From NCBI GenBank assembly GCA_001949185.1, contig BDGG01000003.1:3455158-3519157 (forward strand): a DNA stretch of 64,000 bases, read 5' to 3'. Positions 13,101-28,100 of the stretch are shown piece by piece; the stretch's first letter is position 1; each line of letters begins with the position of its first letter. The notes under the pieces were generated by a model. It saw only the letters and a list, made by a program, of their open reading frames with translations. It made no database searches and had not been told where the DNA came from. The position numbers and the translations under genes are program-made. Origin of the DNA: Ramazzottius varieornatus (lineage: Eukaryota; Animalia; Tardigrada).

Positions 13101-16100
13101 TACACTACTATGGTCAGTGGCCTCGCTTTGCTGGGATTGTCGTTCACGTCATCCACCACGATTTTGACATCGAGAAGGGCGGTCTGTGGTGGCGAGCCGT
13201 TATCGGTTACGGCGATCTTCAGTAAAACTTCCGGGTCCTTCTCACGATCTAGTGCCTTCAGCGCAGTCACCACTCCGGAGGATGGGTGAACCCGGAAATA
13301 TTCTCTCCACTCGGCGCTGGCGAGTCGATAGGAGAAGAAGGATGGTCCGACGTCGTCATCCGATGCGTTGAGTTTCAAGACAACGGTCTCGTAAAAGGAG
13401 TTTTCTTTCACGTGTCCGACCGGTTTCGATGGATGAAAGTATGGAGCGTTATCTGCAACCATAAGAATATCATTACATCGTTCCACAGTAATCTCTAAAA
13501 AATGGCAGCCCTCTTGCCGTTGATTACCGTTGATATCGTCGACGGTGATATGGACAATGGTGGTAGAGGACAGTTCTTTCTCGCCGTCGGAAACGAAAGC
13601 CATGACTTCCAGTTTGTACACCGCTGTTGTTTCTCGGTCGAGTAACTTGGCTGTTGAAATTTGTCCGGACTTGCTGTCGATGCTGAACTGCCCACGGTCG
13701 TCTCCTGCCCGAATACTATATCGTAGCCTGTTTTTCAGTTCCGTGATTGCGTCGACACCGACGACCTGACTTCCGGTTCGGACGTTCTCTTTGATGCGAG
13801 CGTAATACTCCCGCTGAACGAAGTGAGGGGTATTTTTGCCGTCAACTACATGGATGACCACCTCACAAATGGCCAGCTAAAAATCCCACTTTATCAGATG
13901 ACTTTCCAAATACCTTTAAATAACAGACGAGACTATCGAAAAAAGAAACAGTGACCTACCTTTTGATCGCTATTTGGATTGCGGATCAAAAGATGAAGAC
14001 GGTGTTCACTTCCGGGTTGCAGATTCAGCTGTCGTGAAAGAACGATTTCCCCGCTTGCGGCGTCGATTGAGAAGGCAGATCCTTCCTCAACCAGACTGTA
14101 CATCACAATGCCATCTGCTCCTTCGTCCTTGTCAACTCCAACCACATTCCCGATCTTCGTGTCAGCTGGCGCGTTAGCCGAGACGGAGAAGATGAAGGAT
14201 TCCGAAGAGCACACTGGACTGTACTCGTTCACGCCTTCCACAACGATCACAACCTGCGCTTCTGAGTACAAGGAGGGATCAGCCACGTCGAGGACCCGGA
14301 TAGTCAGCGTATGGTTGGGCGACGTCTCAAAGTCCAGCTCTTTGGTGTTGATGATGATACCTCGAGCTGAGTCGATCTCAAAGTACGGGCTCTCGGGTTC
14401 GATAGTGTAGTACACTGCATTTCCTTCCGCGTCTGCGTCGACAGCCCGCACTGTCAGCATGTTCTGCCCAATCTTCTCCGATTCTTGAACAGTAGCTGTG
14501 AAGGTTTCTTGAACGAACACCGGTGCACAGTCATTTTCGTTCAGAACGGTGACAAGAAATTGTGTGGTGGCGGTGGTAGCGCCACCGACTAGCGAGTAAC
14601 TGCGAGCTCGGACCGTTAGGAAATACTGACGACTCTCTTCGTAGTCCAGCTGCTTCTTCAGCTTTACATTGCCACTATGAGGATCGATTTGGAAGATGTT
14701 GGTGTGGTTCAAAAGGGAGAGCTCGGTCTGTCCTGGAAGGAATTGGTCGGTGTTGTCGAGTTTGGCTGTGAAGAGGACAGTACCCAGAGCGGCGCTTTCA
14801 GGAACCTGCACTTCGTACTGCTCGTCAGCAAATCGGGGAGCTACAGAAGGCTCCTTGGTCACTCGGATGTTGACGATCGAAGGGGTACTGGTCAGATTCT
14901 CGGTGTACACTGCAGCGACTTTTATCTGACAGAAATACGGGGCGCTGCAGTTGTCGATACGGTCATTACTTCGGATTCGTCCCGTCATCGTCTCCAGTGC
15001 AAAGCATTCCGAGCAGTTGGTCGAGACCACCGCAAACTTTGGAGGGACACGAGGCGGATCCGATTGACGCAGAGGCAGTTCCATGACCGGGACGTTTGGA
15101 AGAATGTCGGAAGAAGAGAGGGTCAGGGCATAGAAGGCCTGTGTCAGTTGTGGTGCGGTATAGTTGGTTGGCAGGACTGCAATGCGGACCGTGGTTTCAG
15201 CTGAGCGACGCATGGGGGAAACCTCACTCGCTACAACCACAAATTCGTGGATATCGTTGTCGACTGGAACAGAGAGCATTTCCATAGTGCGCTTCAGGAC
15301 AAGCTGACCAGTGCTGCGGTCGACCTGCAAGTACGGACTGGGATGCTTCATCGCGTAGACGAGCTCGGTGGCTTTGTCGTCTTCGTCCCCGTCGAGGGCT
15401 TTGACTGTCCCAACAAGAGTGGTCTGGCGCGGTTGATGCGAAAAGGGACGTGCTTTTCCGTATACCTGAAAATCACGAATGTCGATAAAGCAGCTGCAGC
15501 GTACTTCTGAGAACTTCATAGAATAATGTTCACAAGTCCTCTGTCATGCTTTGCTGGCTCTTCCACATAGAAATGAACTGCTAGAATGAACTGTCAATAA
15601 CTTAGTGATCGATACGAACTTCATATTCTGTTCTGGAGGCACAAACTCAACAGAAAAAACGTTCGCGCTTGGTCATGAGCAGAAGTACGTACACTACATC
15701 TGTTTTTACAAAATTACACGCTCGGCAAAAACCGCGTCATTCGATCCGAATTTTGATAGATTCTATGTACAAACCTGTAAGTTGTCGGGGCGCACAGAGA
15801 TCGAAGTAGTTTCTGGTGTTTGAATGAAGAAAACATACTGCTGCTCTTCGAAATTCGGCACGTGGTCGTTTTCTCCGACGACACTGACGACGATTTGGGA
15901 CTTGGACTGCCACGCACCATCACTAACAGTCACTTCCAGTGGAACTTCCGAGTACACTTCCCGGTCTAACAGACCGGCCAGGCGAATGATACCGCTACTG
16001 GGATCAATGGTGAAAAGGTTTGTCTTGTCAACCATACTGAACGTCACTTGGGTCTTGGTAGGAGAGTCAGTGTCTACAGAGAACACCTACAAAAGACATC

Positions 16101-19100
16101 CGTATTAGTGAAGGTCTTCCTTTGTAGTGATACTGTTTTATTAATTGGTCAGTTCTGACCTGAAGTACAAAGGTTCCCACTGGCGTATTTTCCGTAACGT
16201 TGGCCGCAAACTGGCGCGCGAACTTGCTGGGGTTATCATTCTTGTCCTCCAGACGAACTGTGACCATCGCGGTATCCGTAAAAACGCCGTCGCTTACGGA
16301 TATCTGAACTGTGACTACATCCGTCACTTCCCTGTCGAGTTGTACTGTCGTGGTCATCTCGCCCGTGGTATGGTCCACAGAAAACATGTTGGTACCGTTC
16401 AGCAGTCTGTAAGTCAGCTTGTCGCCATCGAGGTCCACGGCGTTGATTCCGAGCTGCAACTTCACCGCTGGTTTGGTCTCTTCCTCCATTTTAGTCTCGT
16501 AGAGGTGTGAGGAAAACTGCGGACCGTTATCATTCTCGTTCTTGACCAGTACTTCCAACTTGGCGCCATATGCCACAACATCGTCTCCATCTTTGATGGA
16601 GGCCTCGATCCATAGAGAGTGGTTCTTCGCGGCTTCATAGTCCAAGGCCTTCACTAGCGACACTTGCCCGCTTTGACTGTTGACCGCGAATAGTCCTTCG
16701 TTGTTACCGGCCGCGATAGCGTAGGATACCTTCTGAGCTGGATCAGCCGCCGCTTGACTGATTGGCCCGTCCTTCGATAGTTCCGACAGGGTGACTGTTC
16801 TTGGGTTCAGCTCAAATGCGGGGAATAGAGACGCCGACTTTTGGCGGATCTCCAGCGACATTGTCGTGACGTGTCCGGCTTGGTCTTCGGCTTGTATGAT
16901 GAACTGAGTAGGAAGAGATGGCATGCTGGCTGGATATGCCACCTGCACGACACCGGCTGTTCGGTCGATGGACAACCAGGAACTTGCAGAGTCGGGACCC
17001 ACAAAGCGATACTTGATCGAACGACTACCGGCTTCGTCGCGGTCATCAGCCAGTGCGCCGTAAACGAAGTGGCCTGGAAGAAAAAAGAACAGGAGTGAGC
17101 ATTGATTTTATGCAAAAAAGCCATGGATCATTTTGCCGAAGAGTTGATTTACCGGTGGTCGAAGTGGGTGGTACAAACCGGCCGGCGGACTTCTCGCCAA
17201 AAACAGGGAAGTTATCGTCTTCATCCAAAACGATCACTGTAGCGTTGGCAATTGTGGAATGCATCCCGTCGTCAACTCGAACCGTTAGTTCGTATCTGGA
17301 TTGCTGTTCTCGGTCTAGGCTGGCAATGGTTGCGATCCTACCAGATTTTGTGTCGATGGCAAAAGGAGCGGTACTTGAAAGCGAATACCTATCGGCAAAA
17401 TTTCTTTCGTTAGTTCGGATTGAAATGGTGCTCTTGGAAGAAAATACCTAAGTGTTGTGTTCTTGTCTACGTCGGTGGCGTTCAGGTAGCCGACCAAGCT
17501 TCCTATCTTGGAATTTTCTTTGATCATGTATGTCAGATTTCCGAGAAAGACTGGCGGTGTGTCGTTCTCATCGCCGACGGTCACTTTCACAAAAGCGACT
17601 GAAGTGGCTGAGAAATCTGCAAATATAAAGTAGGTTGAAATCGTTACGAGCCATTGCCCAGTTTTTCAACGTATATGCATGTTCGCACCCGCAGTACACA
17701 CGATTGCTCATGAAAGGCTTCTATGGAACAAATTATCGTAGCGGAACGAGAGCATTATGTTATACAAGCGTTCCGGACGCTATTCATTTTAATCAGACGT
17801 TAAGGTGAAAGACGGGATGAAAGGAAGGAATGGTGTTGGAGAAGTGATATTGAGGCCACCTGCTTGTGTACTTTACTGCTGATATCAATTGCCACCAGCA
17901 GGATGACAAGTCGCTGAAGAGCACTTGATATGAGCAGACCATTACCCATTTTCCTCGCTTTTTCTTGTTTGAACAAGTTCCGCCTAATCTGCGAGCTAAT
18001 CAAGCTGGTCTCACTTCAAAAGGTGCTGGGCGACATGGTGGCTTAATATCACACAAAGGGCGGCTTGACAGGCCAGACTGCACAATTTTTCTTTCGGTCT
18101 GGTTCATCACACTAGAAATCAGGGCTGATACTGTCAGTAACAAACGGAAGCAACCCTGGTTTCTATTTTGACAGCCCATTGTCTTTTTCCTACGTCCGGC
18201 CAAAGCGCAACTTCCCTGTTCAACTGAGCCAGTGTAATCCGCGGGCGGCGGCTGTCTTTACTCATGGCCCAACTTCTTACCAGCCCTTTCTGATTTGGAG
18301 ACAATGGCCCTCCATTCTCCAGCATCTGCACCCTCACTTCAAATGCCCGCTCCGTCGACGCCTATCATTTTGTCAAGTCTTGGTTTTGTCATGGAAATGA
18401 GTGGGGGTAATAATGAATGCAAGTGCAGGCAGATTGAACTCACCTTCATTGGCGGCCTCAATCTCCACTTGATAGGTCGACTGCTCCTCGTGGTCAAGCG
18501 GTCGTAGAAGCCTAATCCATCCATCATCCTCTCCAATTTGGAAAATGCTGGCATCTCCAGAGCGCATCCTGTATTTTATCCGGCTGAAGGGTGCTGCATC
18601 TGCGTCGGGTGCAGCTTGAACTTGGACGATGACAGTCGATGACTGATGCAGGAAGAAATTCTCCATGACCGATGCTTTGTAGTGACTGACCAGGAAATGC
18701 GGGGCTTCATCATTGATGTTCTGAATGTTAATGATCACTACGGCAGTATCGTTCTTGGAGGGACTTCCTCCATCTTCCACGAGCACCACCAGCTCGAACT
18801 TTCGCCTAGTTGCATATTCCAGGCCCCTCAGCACATACAAATGACCGGTCGCCATGTCCAACTCGAACGTCTATAACCGAACAACATTATTAGAATTAAT
18901 GCTCAGTTAAAAATCTAAAGTCGGATACCTCTTCCTGGTTCCCCGACAGAATCCAATAGCGAAGGTCCCCATTGACTCCACTGTCTGGATCAATTGCCGA
19001 AAGTGACGCTATTTTTTGCCCAATTACAGTCTCTTCCGGTATGTCGAACACATACTGCGAAGCGGAGAACTTCGGTGCATTGTAGTTTGCTCTTCTAACC

Positions 19101-22100
19101 AGCACGGTACACGAACTCGTGGAGCTCAGCGAAGGACTACCTTTGTCCTGAGCGACTAGGATCAAGTCAAACCTCGACTTTCTCTCCACCTTCAAATTCT
19201 CGTTGAGTCGAACCACTCCGGTGAATGGATCGATGGAGAACTGGTTCTCGGTTGGCGTTAGTGAGTACTGTATTTCACCACCCATTCCACTGTCACGGTC
19301 CCTCGCGTGGACATGCAGGACTTCTGCTCCGATTGCGAGGTCGCTGGAAATCTCAACCAGCTTTGGAAGATTTTTGTCGAAGACCGGCGCCTCGTCATTG
19401 ACGTCTTCAATTACAACATCGAAATGTTGGGTCGTGGTGAAAATTCCCGACCGGAAGACCGCGGTCAACCGGAGGCTAGTGGAAGTTTCTCGGTCGAGCT
19501 TGGCAGCTGTACACAAAAGCCCCGTGGAACTGATGGTGAACCACCCTAATGCATCACCATACACTGCCCAAACACCTCCTTTGTCTGTCGCTGCCATTCG
19601 GAGGTCTGACAAGTCGTGAAAGCAGGTTGCGATCGGAGCATCTTCTGAGACAGATGTTGTTGTGGATGGGAAAGTTTGCCTTGTGTAGTTGGACCGTAGA
19701 AGCGTGATGAAGACTAGGGTCGAGTTGGACATCAATGGTTGTTTTACCGGCGAAGAACTGACTCGAAGAACCACTATGATCTTCTAGAAAAAATCAAACA
19801 TTACAGGTTCATTAATTATAGCTACTGAGGGGTAAGAGATACTGTGAATTTTAAGAAAAAACTACTAACCTGGTTTTGGGCGGCTCGATAAGCTCGCGGA
19901 TGAGCCAAGAAGACATCACCAGTTCGACGATCCACATGAAAGTTATTGTTGTGCCATTCGTTCGACTGATAGTACTCATAGGTCTCCGCACCTCCTGTGG
20001 CCGTGATGGACCCAATCTGTTCCCCATCTTCCATCCCATCCAGCACCACCGTAAAGGCGTATCGACCCTTGGCGAACTGGGGTGTGAGACGAAATGGGTT
20101 CTCCACGTCGATGCAGCATGGCACTTTTGTCTGGTGAACGGAATCGTCCGCGATTACGTCAAAACACACTCGACTGACATTTCCGGGATGGGACTTCAGA
20201 AAGAGTTCGCCAGTGGATTCACTGATGGTGAAGAACTTTGTTATGTTTGGGGGTGGAAGGGAGAATGTTACCATGTCGGCTTTGTCGAGATCGGTGGCGG
20301 CAACTTGACCAAGTCGCGCACCAGGTGGCGCACTGGTCTCCAAGTGGAACCGGTAGAATGGCGAAGTGAAGAGGGGAGGCTTGTCGTTCACGGACAGAAC
20401 TTTCAAGCGAACCTAAAAAGCATCGGTCTTGAAGCTGCCTGTAAAAACTGAAAACTTTCTAACTTAACTCGATTAAAATATTCAAGAAACCAAAGTTAAG
20501 TTTTGATCTTTCGTCTGGTTTTAAGGCTTTTTCGTCAAGACTTGGACAGTTTAACCAAGCCAGCCGATGAACATGACTCAAAGCTCAGTTGGGCAATGGG
20601 GCTTTCTTTCTCTCCATCAAATGAGTGGACATATTTTGCATACTTGAACTTTGAAGGAACATACAATTATGGCCATTTACGAGCTTGTAATGACGCTGCT
20701 TATCGAGTTTGAGCGGGGTTCATAACGAGGCGCGAAAGAATGATGGATGTAGTGGCGGGAGCTGGACATTATAATGCTCAGATTCTACCAGCCCAAATGT
20801 ATGATATTTGTGCGGCATTTTACTGAAAGGCGCCTGTCGAGCTGCTGTGAATGAATAATTACCCGGGAATCCACTGGTCGTTCAGTATAGAGTAGCCAGG
20901 GATGCACATGACATTGTGTTTCTAACATTGCAATATTTCTTGACAAAACATTCCCCTTGTAATCTAAAGCGCAAATGCTCACGTAAACTCACACTCACTC
21001 AATTGGGTTAAACATTTTCCATTCCAGAAAGATGTTAAGCTCTCACGCTACCACTTTCCGCATTATTTAAAATGTGATTACGCCCTTCTGTTGCCCTGAA
21101 TGTGTCCCGCTCCAGCGATATCTGCTTTTAATCAAAAAGCAGATGCATCGGAAGGTTTTATTGTCGTTGTAAATCACGGCGAGACGTTTCTTCGAGGATG
21201 TTTTATTATCACGGTTTGCCTCATCTGGTGATGGTCGTAAAAAGGCGGCTGAAAATCTCTCTCACACGACAGTTCTCTAGTACCGCCAGGCGCGTCATGC
21301 ATCTACATACACTGAACCTTACAATTTTCCCATGGTCGAGTATGTAGGTGTGTGAAAGACTTCCGCTGGTCTTTCGCTTGTTATTGACTTGCAAAGCAGC
21401 ATTCAAGATTTTCGAAAGCTGTACCTCATTTTCAAACTCAGCAGGACTTGAACTTTACAGTTATGTTTATGGTTGCAATTGGGATTTTCAAAATTCCCTA
21501 TTCTAATGGAAAAATATTCAAAGTATTATGCCCGTTCTTTCTGGTGCCACGCCCAAAGATTATTACTGCGATTTGTTCCGTTGAAGGCTCTTTCACCTGG
21601 CGTCGTTTGAAATTCACGGGGGACCTGTGTACAAGACAAAAGCTCGAAATCTTGCAGTAGCCGTGTCACGTTATTATGTTAATGTGATTTCGCTTGGTTA
21701 CTCTCCTCCCGGAAAGCGAGCAGAAAGTGGGAAGTCACGACAAACGGACTTCCCGTCGCGCTACTCGCCCTTGGATATCATGGTGCATACCAGCCAGGCT
21801 TCCCTTGAGGCTTCATTACATGGCTACTTGCTTCCCTGGCCACAACGGCTATCCAATTGTTTTTTTCCTATAAAAGTGCCTAATTGGCATCTGGCTAGGC
21901 TAAGTAGCGTCCTCTGCCATCCAGACACATAAAGATAGAGTAACAGTGGAAATTGGGTCATAGTGGGAGTTTTGGGCGATAATTATCGTCCCTTCTCTGA
22001 GTAAAGGGGTGATGTATTGGTGGGGTAATTAGAGAGGGTTGGGAAGTGGACAGAAGCGCAATTGCTCATTAGTGCCTCTCTTCAGTAGCCGCATTCCCCA

Positions 22101-25100
22101 GTCTTTGTTCCGGCGGATGACCGGTCGTCGCCGAAAAGACGGGAGGACCTAATTTCTAAGGACTTAAAGAGCTGCTCGCTTAGCCATGTTATGATGTGGC
22201 GCATTAGGCGGGTTTTGGCCGTCGGGGAGAAAGGGATTGAGTTTGTGGCCAAGCTTGTTTGTTGAATTAATGATTAAAGTACTAAGAGGACAATCTTTGA
22301 TTATAGAGCATGGTGGCGATTTTGGAGGAAATATCGGCAAGGCGGACACCACTTTTCTTGGAGGACATTGCGCCGGCAGGCTTAATTAGGTGAATTTGCC
22401 GGTTTGTCAGTGTCACGTCGTAAGAGAGTATCATAGTGGCCGAACAGCGTTCCGACATCCCCAAGGGGTCGCAAAGATCTTTTAATGGCCAAGTAGAGAT
22501 ATTGTTCAAAAGTAGCTCTACGACCAGATATAATTCCATCTCTCGCTTACAGCGTAAGCACTTCAGAGTCTTTGGTGGCACAAAAGGCAAACTGTCTACA
22601 GAGCTTAGGCTTTTACCATTTTCATGTAATAATTCTTGATCGGGCCGACAGATGCATTTCGGCGTCTATTATCCGTTGAGCTAGAAAGATACCGCGGCAT
22701 CCTTCCGGCCATGTTTTGTCCGGTGCCTTTTCTTCACGAGCCAGTTTGCGGCAATAAATTTCAAAACTGACTTTTGGTGGATCAGCCTCAACAAATGACA
22801 TCACGCGGCGCTACGTGCTGACTTTTTGTTGGGCGGAAGAATATTGCGTGCTACTTTCAGCCTTAACCCGCTTATTATCTCCCTCTTGCAGATTTACAGC
22901 TGGCCAAAGCTCTTCCGTGGGAACAGGATAATCAAATCAGCAGGCTTTTCCCTCAGTGCATGATGGCTTTCTGTAGCTCAGTAATATTTCATGTGTTGTG
23001 ATCAATATTACAGACATAACTCCGTCCATGAACTCTGTAATCATTTCATTATATCTTGCATGTATCGTGACGAAATTTGACTGGCAAAAATAACAACCCT
23101 GAACGGTTTACAAATTGGGGTGTTAACTGACTTGAGCAGGATCGTTGTCACAAGTGGCGCACTTTTTCAGTCGAACAGTGAGAGCGTGCGCCACTTGAGA
23201 GGACGATCACGGTTAATCCATTTGCCGACGCGCAATTAATTTTCGAGCCGTTGGACAAGCTCCTTCTATATTTGGAAAAGTGCAGGTAAGCTGAGACGGG
23301 GCAATGCTGGTGATTTACTGAGATGATAGTCTGGATATCCGTTTTATGGCATGTTTATATGGCCCTGATATGCAGACAGCATGCAGGCGGGCAATGGCTA
23401 CTTTGCGTGCCTTTCGGTAAATCGATACTCGCTATATGCAGAAATCCGATTATGCTTCCTCCTTCGGTTAATCTTCGATATGTGCTTACTATGGATTGAG
23501 TGGCTGACTACGAGCGAAACATGAGCTGGTGGAAGATAGTACGAAAAGAGTTTGAGATCGTTTGTGGAGGAAATAAGCAAATCTATGTGGGTCATTGATA
23601 ACCATTGCTATATTATCGCCTCTTCCAGAAGTTTCAGAACAAAGAAATATACGATAACCAGGAAAAGGGTATTGCATGACATCCACCTTTCAGCATGGGA
23701 CTGTGTCGTAGTTTGGTCGAAAACAAAAAGCTTTTCGTGACTCAATAGAACTTTCTTCCACACGTCTCAAGGACCTGTGGGATGCTCGAATTATGCATAA
23801 GAAACCATTACTGCGTTGTGGAGTGTTTGGCTACATAGTAGCCACTCGAAAATTGGATTATATTCCGGTTTCCTCACGCATTCTCACGGTGGGACGCAGT
23901 ACACACCCGGATCGAAATTCAAAAATTCAAATATCAGGAAGTCGAAAAGTATTGATAACTCCGTACTAAATTTTCACTAAGGTACTGAATTCGGCCTGCG
24001 CTCTGTGTAGGAAACGAGGTAAAGGAACGGCAGGTACCATTTCATACACTTTGACGGAATTATACTGAAAATAATCCTCATGAAGGTAGAGACACTGGTT
24101 GCAAGAAAATCCGTCCATCCGCTTTTGCGGTATATTCGCAATTAAATTAAATCATTATTTACTCAGAGCAAAAGTGACAAAACCAATAGTTAAAGAGGAT
24201 TATCCGCATGCTCCGCGACACTGCTTGGCCGCCTACTGAATGCTCACTTCGGACACGAAGTTCCGACCATAAGGATCACGGTATTCATCTTGAGATAAGG
24301 AAGTCGGTCACACGTCCGTATTTTCTCACAGAACCGCACCCAACGTGACCCAGCCATGACCTCTTCCCGCTTCACTGATTGCTGAATTTCCGTATAATCT
24401 TCTTTCTCATATATTTATTCTCGAACGTAATTATGATTGTTCAAAACACCTCTGAGAAAATAATATGTCGAAATGGGACGCCGGCAAAAAATTAAACCAG
24501 ATTATCTTCCCACGTGGCATTCCTTCAGTCAATAACAATAGCAATGTGCGACAGTGGACATAACGATCTGAATCAGTTCACTTGCCCACGTCCCACATCA
24601 TCGTCTTTAACAGTATTTAGATAACTCTGGAACTTCACGTAGGTTATTTGTTCCGGGTGAATCTGTTTACTGGTAGAGGTCATTGTTAACGTTTCTTGTA
24701 TGAGACTTTTGACTTTGGGTTGTGCGGTGGATAACAGCCAGTTAGAGCCAGACTTGAGACATAATCCTGTGGTGCTTTCATGATTTGATTGTGCGCTTGT
24801 GAGCTTCTGGACAATCCCGTCATTTTCTTAAGTAATCCCTTAATCTTCCAAGAGGATAAACGTTGCACTCAATCTATCATTTGGTCAGCCTTTCAAAGCC
24901 AGCAGACGAGAAAATCATTTTGTCATAATCGCACATGACAAGCAGCTGCAGTTTCCTACTTTCCCACTTTCCAAACTTTTGCACAGCTTCGACTTTTGCT
25001 CACCGACGTCTCAAAATGCTAGCACTATTAAATATTACAGTATTTTCACACCTTCCTATTTATGCGACTTCACGTACCTGCCCAGCAGTAACTTGAAAAC

Positions 25101-28100
25101 TTGTCCGTCGCTTGATCCCAGCATAAACCTGAATGAGGTACTCGTCTGGTCCTTGATCGGCGTCCAGCGCTGGACCTAAAACCGATTCGCATATGAATAT
25201 GAAATTCAGAGAAATAAAACTTCAAAATTTTTCGTCATTTGGCTGCGGCACATTGCATCGAACCAAATTGCTTTCACGACGGGCACGCTTTCATTGGGTT
25301 TGGCAGCGTGCGCCGCTTGGGAGAACGATCTGGTTCGTTTCATTTGCGAAAATTCTTTTTCGAAAATCACTTTTTGGAATTTTGAGGCATTGGTTTTTTT
25401 CCGGTGTTTTTATTGGCCTTTTGAGACTGAATGTGCGTTTATTCTTGGGAGTATAAAGCCAACCTCGAAGACTGATGGCTCCGCTATGGATGTCGATATC
25501 GAATGGACAAGGAAGTACATCGCCATTCTGACCAGTGACCAATGTCAAGAAATATTCCACCGGTTGGATGGTGTTTGTTGAAAGACTGGCCGAGACTGTG
25601 CCGACATGGCTACCAACGGGGATATTTTCATGGACAGTCCATTCATAAGCCGTTTGTCCGAAGACCAGCGCGTTCTCGCCTTCAACCCGTGAGGCGATAA
25701 CCAGATCGACGTTCATCGTTGCGCTTTGTTTACTCCCGTCATCACTCTGATCACGGGCCAAGATGGACAGTGTGTAATGAGGAGCAATCTGGTCTACAGC
25801 AGACCGCAAGTAGACATGTCCATCATATCTGTCCAAATGGAAGCGTTCCATATCGGCTGTGCGCGTCAGATCGTACGTCACGTGGCCGTTGCTTTCGTGG
25901 TCCGGGTCTTGCGCTGCAACTGTGAGCAATCGATAGCCGGAATTAGCGTATTCGGTAACAATAACAGAACGGGGCATGACAAAGAAAGGGCTATTATCGT
26001 TATTGTCCAGAAGTTCGATTGTGATGGCTTTCTCGCTTGACTGGCGGCTATTGTGGTCTTCCGCTTGGTCGACGGCTTGCAGGACTAGCCGATAACTTCT
26101 GTACACTTCCCGATCTAATGCCATGCTTGTCATGATTTGCCCTGTGACCTCGTTGATGCTGAAGTGACCATTGACGGGCTCAGCGTAGAGGATGGAGTAG
26201 CGAATTTCGCCGTTGATCCCAGTGTCCTGGTCGTGCGCTAGAGTCGTGGCAATCACCGAACCCGGAGCGGTGTTCTCAGGGACGCGTATTGTCGACTTGG
26301 TGAAGGCTGAGAACAGCGGTGCGTGATCGTTGCAGTCCTCCACTTCCACCAACACGCAAACCGTACTAAAGTGATCTGAAGGGAAAACATCACTCAAAAT
26401 TGAGCAACCTAGTAGATTTCGTATACGATGTGTCCACATGCAAACATTATGCTATTTTACTTTCGATAATTTGCAAGTCGGCAAACGAAACGCACAAGAT
26501 CGTTGCTCCAAGTGGCGCACCTTTGCATTGTTCTTGGCTGAAACAGTGCGCCACTCAACACAGCAACCTTGTACAGTTCGTTTGCCGTCCTCCCAATTAC
26601 TGATACGAGAAAACCGATTGCCTTGTTTCTCTGTTATGTGACTGCTACTTTATCGGGTTTTTTTTCGTGATAATGAGTTTCATTTTCTTACCAGGTTCGT
26701 CGATTTCGAAAGCTTTTACTGTGAGCCCGTGCGACTTAGTCTTTTCATAGTCGAGTGAGTACACCAAGTAAATTTGTCCGAACCGGCTGATACGAAAAAT
26801 CTTGTCCGAGTTTCCATCGATTATTTCGTAGCCGAGTTCTGTCTGCATGGAGTCCCCGTCCATTGCGAGTGTCTGGATGACCATGGTCCCTGCTGGCGAG
26901 TTCTCTCGGACCTTCACACTGTACGAATCGACCTGGAACCGTGGTGCTTCATCATTCTCGTTGGTGACATGGACAATGCAGACTGCCGATGAAGTCTTGT
27001 GTGAGGTGTGATTGACAGAGCGATCTGTGGCCAAGACAAGTAGATCGTAGCGCGATCGTGTTTCGTAATCTAACGTCTGATTGAGGCGAATCACTCCTGT
27101 CATCTCGTCTACTGTAAACACTTCAGCACAGCTCGGACATTGGATACTGTAAGCTATTTGTCCCTTGACAAAAGCATCGACGTCTTGGACGGCAACGTGG
27201 GTAACAAGTTGACCAGTTGGCATATTTTCCGAGATGCTTTGCTCGTAAACCTGTTGAGCAAACACCGGCCAACTTCCATTACTCGCATTACCCGGCAGAA
27301 TTTTCACCGTTGCCGTCGCGCTTCTTCTTGCCTGCCCCTCAGCCGCTCGATCAGTTGCCACGACTTTCAGGGAAGATCCTCGTTTTAACTCTGCAAAAAA
27401 TAAACCGTAGATAACCCTGCAAATCGATTTAGGAAATGCCGGTAAGCCAGGTATGCATCATGCACCTGCATACAAGCGGGCCATGTTACACGTATTACGT
27501 TTCGTATGCAAGTTTGTGAATTTCGTTCACTAATCTTACCCTGAAGCTCTTCCTTGCTGAGTTTTGTCATCAGACGAACAACTCCTGAGTTTTCGTCCAC
27601 GGAGAAGGGTCCATCTGTGTTTCCGGCCAGGGAATACAGAACTTCCCCGTTGAGTGCCAGGTCTTGGTCTTCCGCTTCGACGCGTCCAACGGAGCCTCCC
27701 ACCGGCAGGTTCGACGGGAGAAGGAATGTGTATGTGTGGTTAAGGAAGACGGGAGAATGCCTGTTGGCAGCTGTAACGTAGATGGTGACGGTGGTAGAGG
27801 CTATGTGGAGCTGGTCGGTAGCAGTGACCCCAAGTCGATAATAAGCAGTGTGCCGGCGGTTCAGAGTGGCATTTATGTACAGCTGTCCATTAGGGAAGAC
27901 GGCGAAACGACCAGCTTCATTCCCTTGTGCAATGCTGTATCGCACGGGACTTTCACACTGTTTGACATCCAAAGTCAACAAACGAGAATTGACCAGCCGA
28001 TCTTCCGAAACGGATATGACAACGTGTTTCCTTTCAAAGAAGATCCGACAGCTTGCGTCAGGAACAACCCGGAAGTGGAGCTCTTTACTGCTTGACTGGC

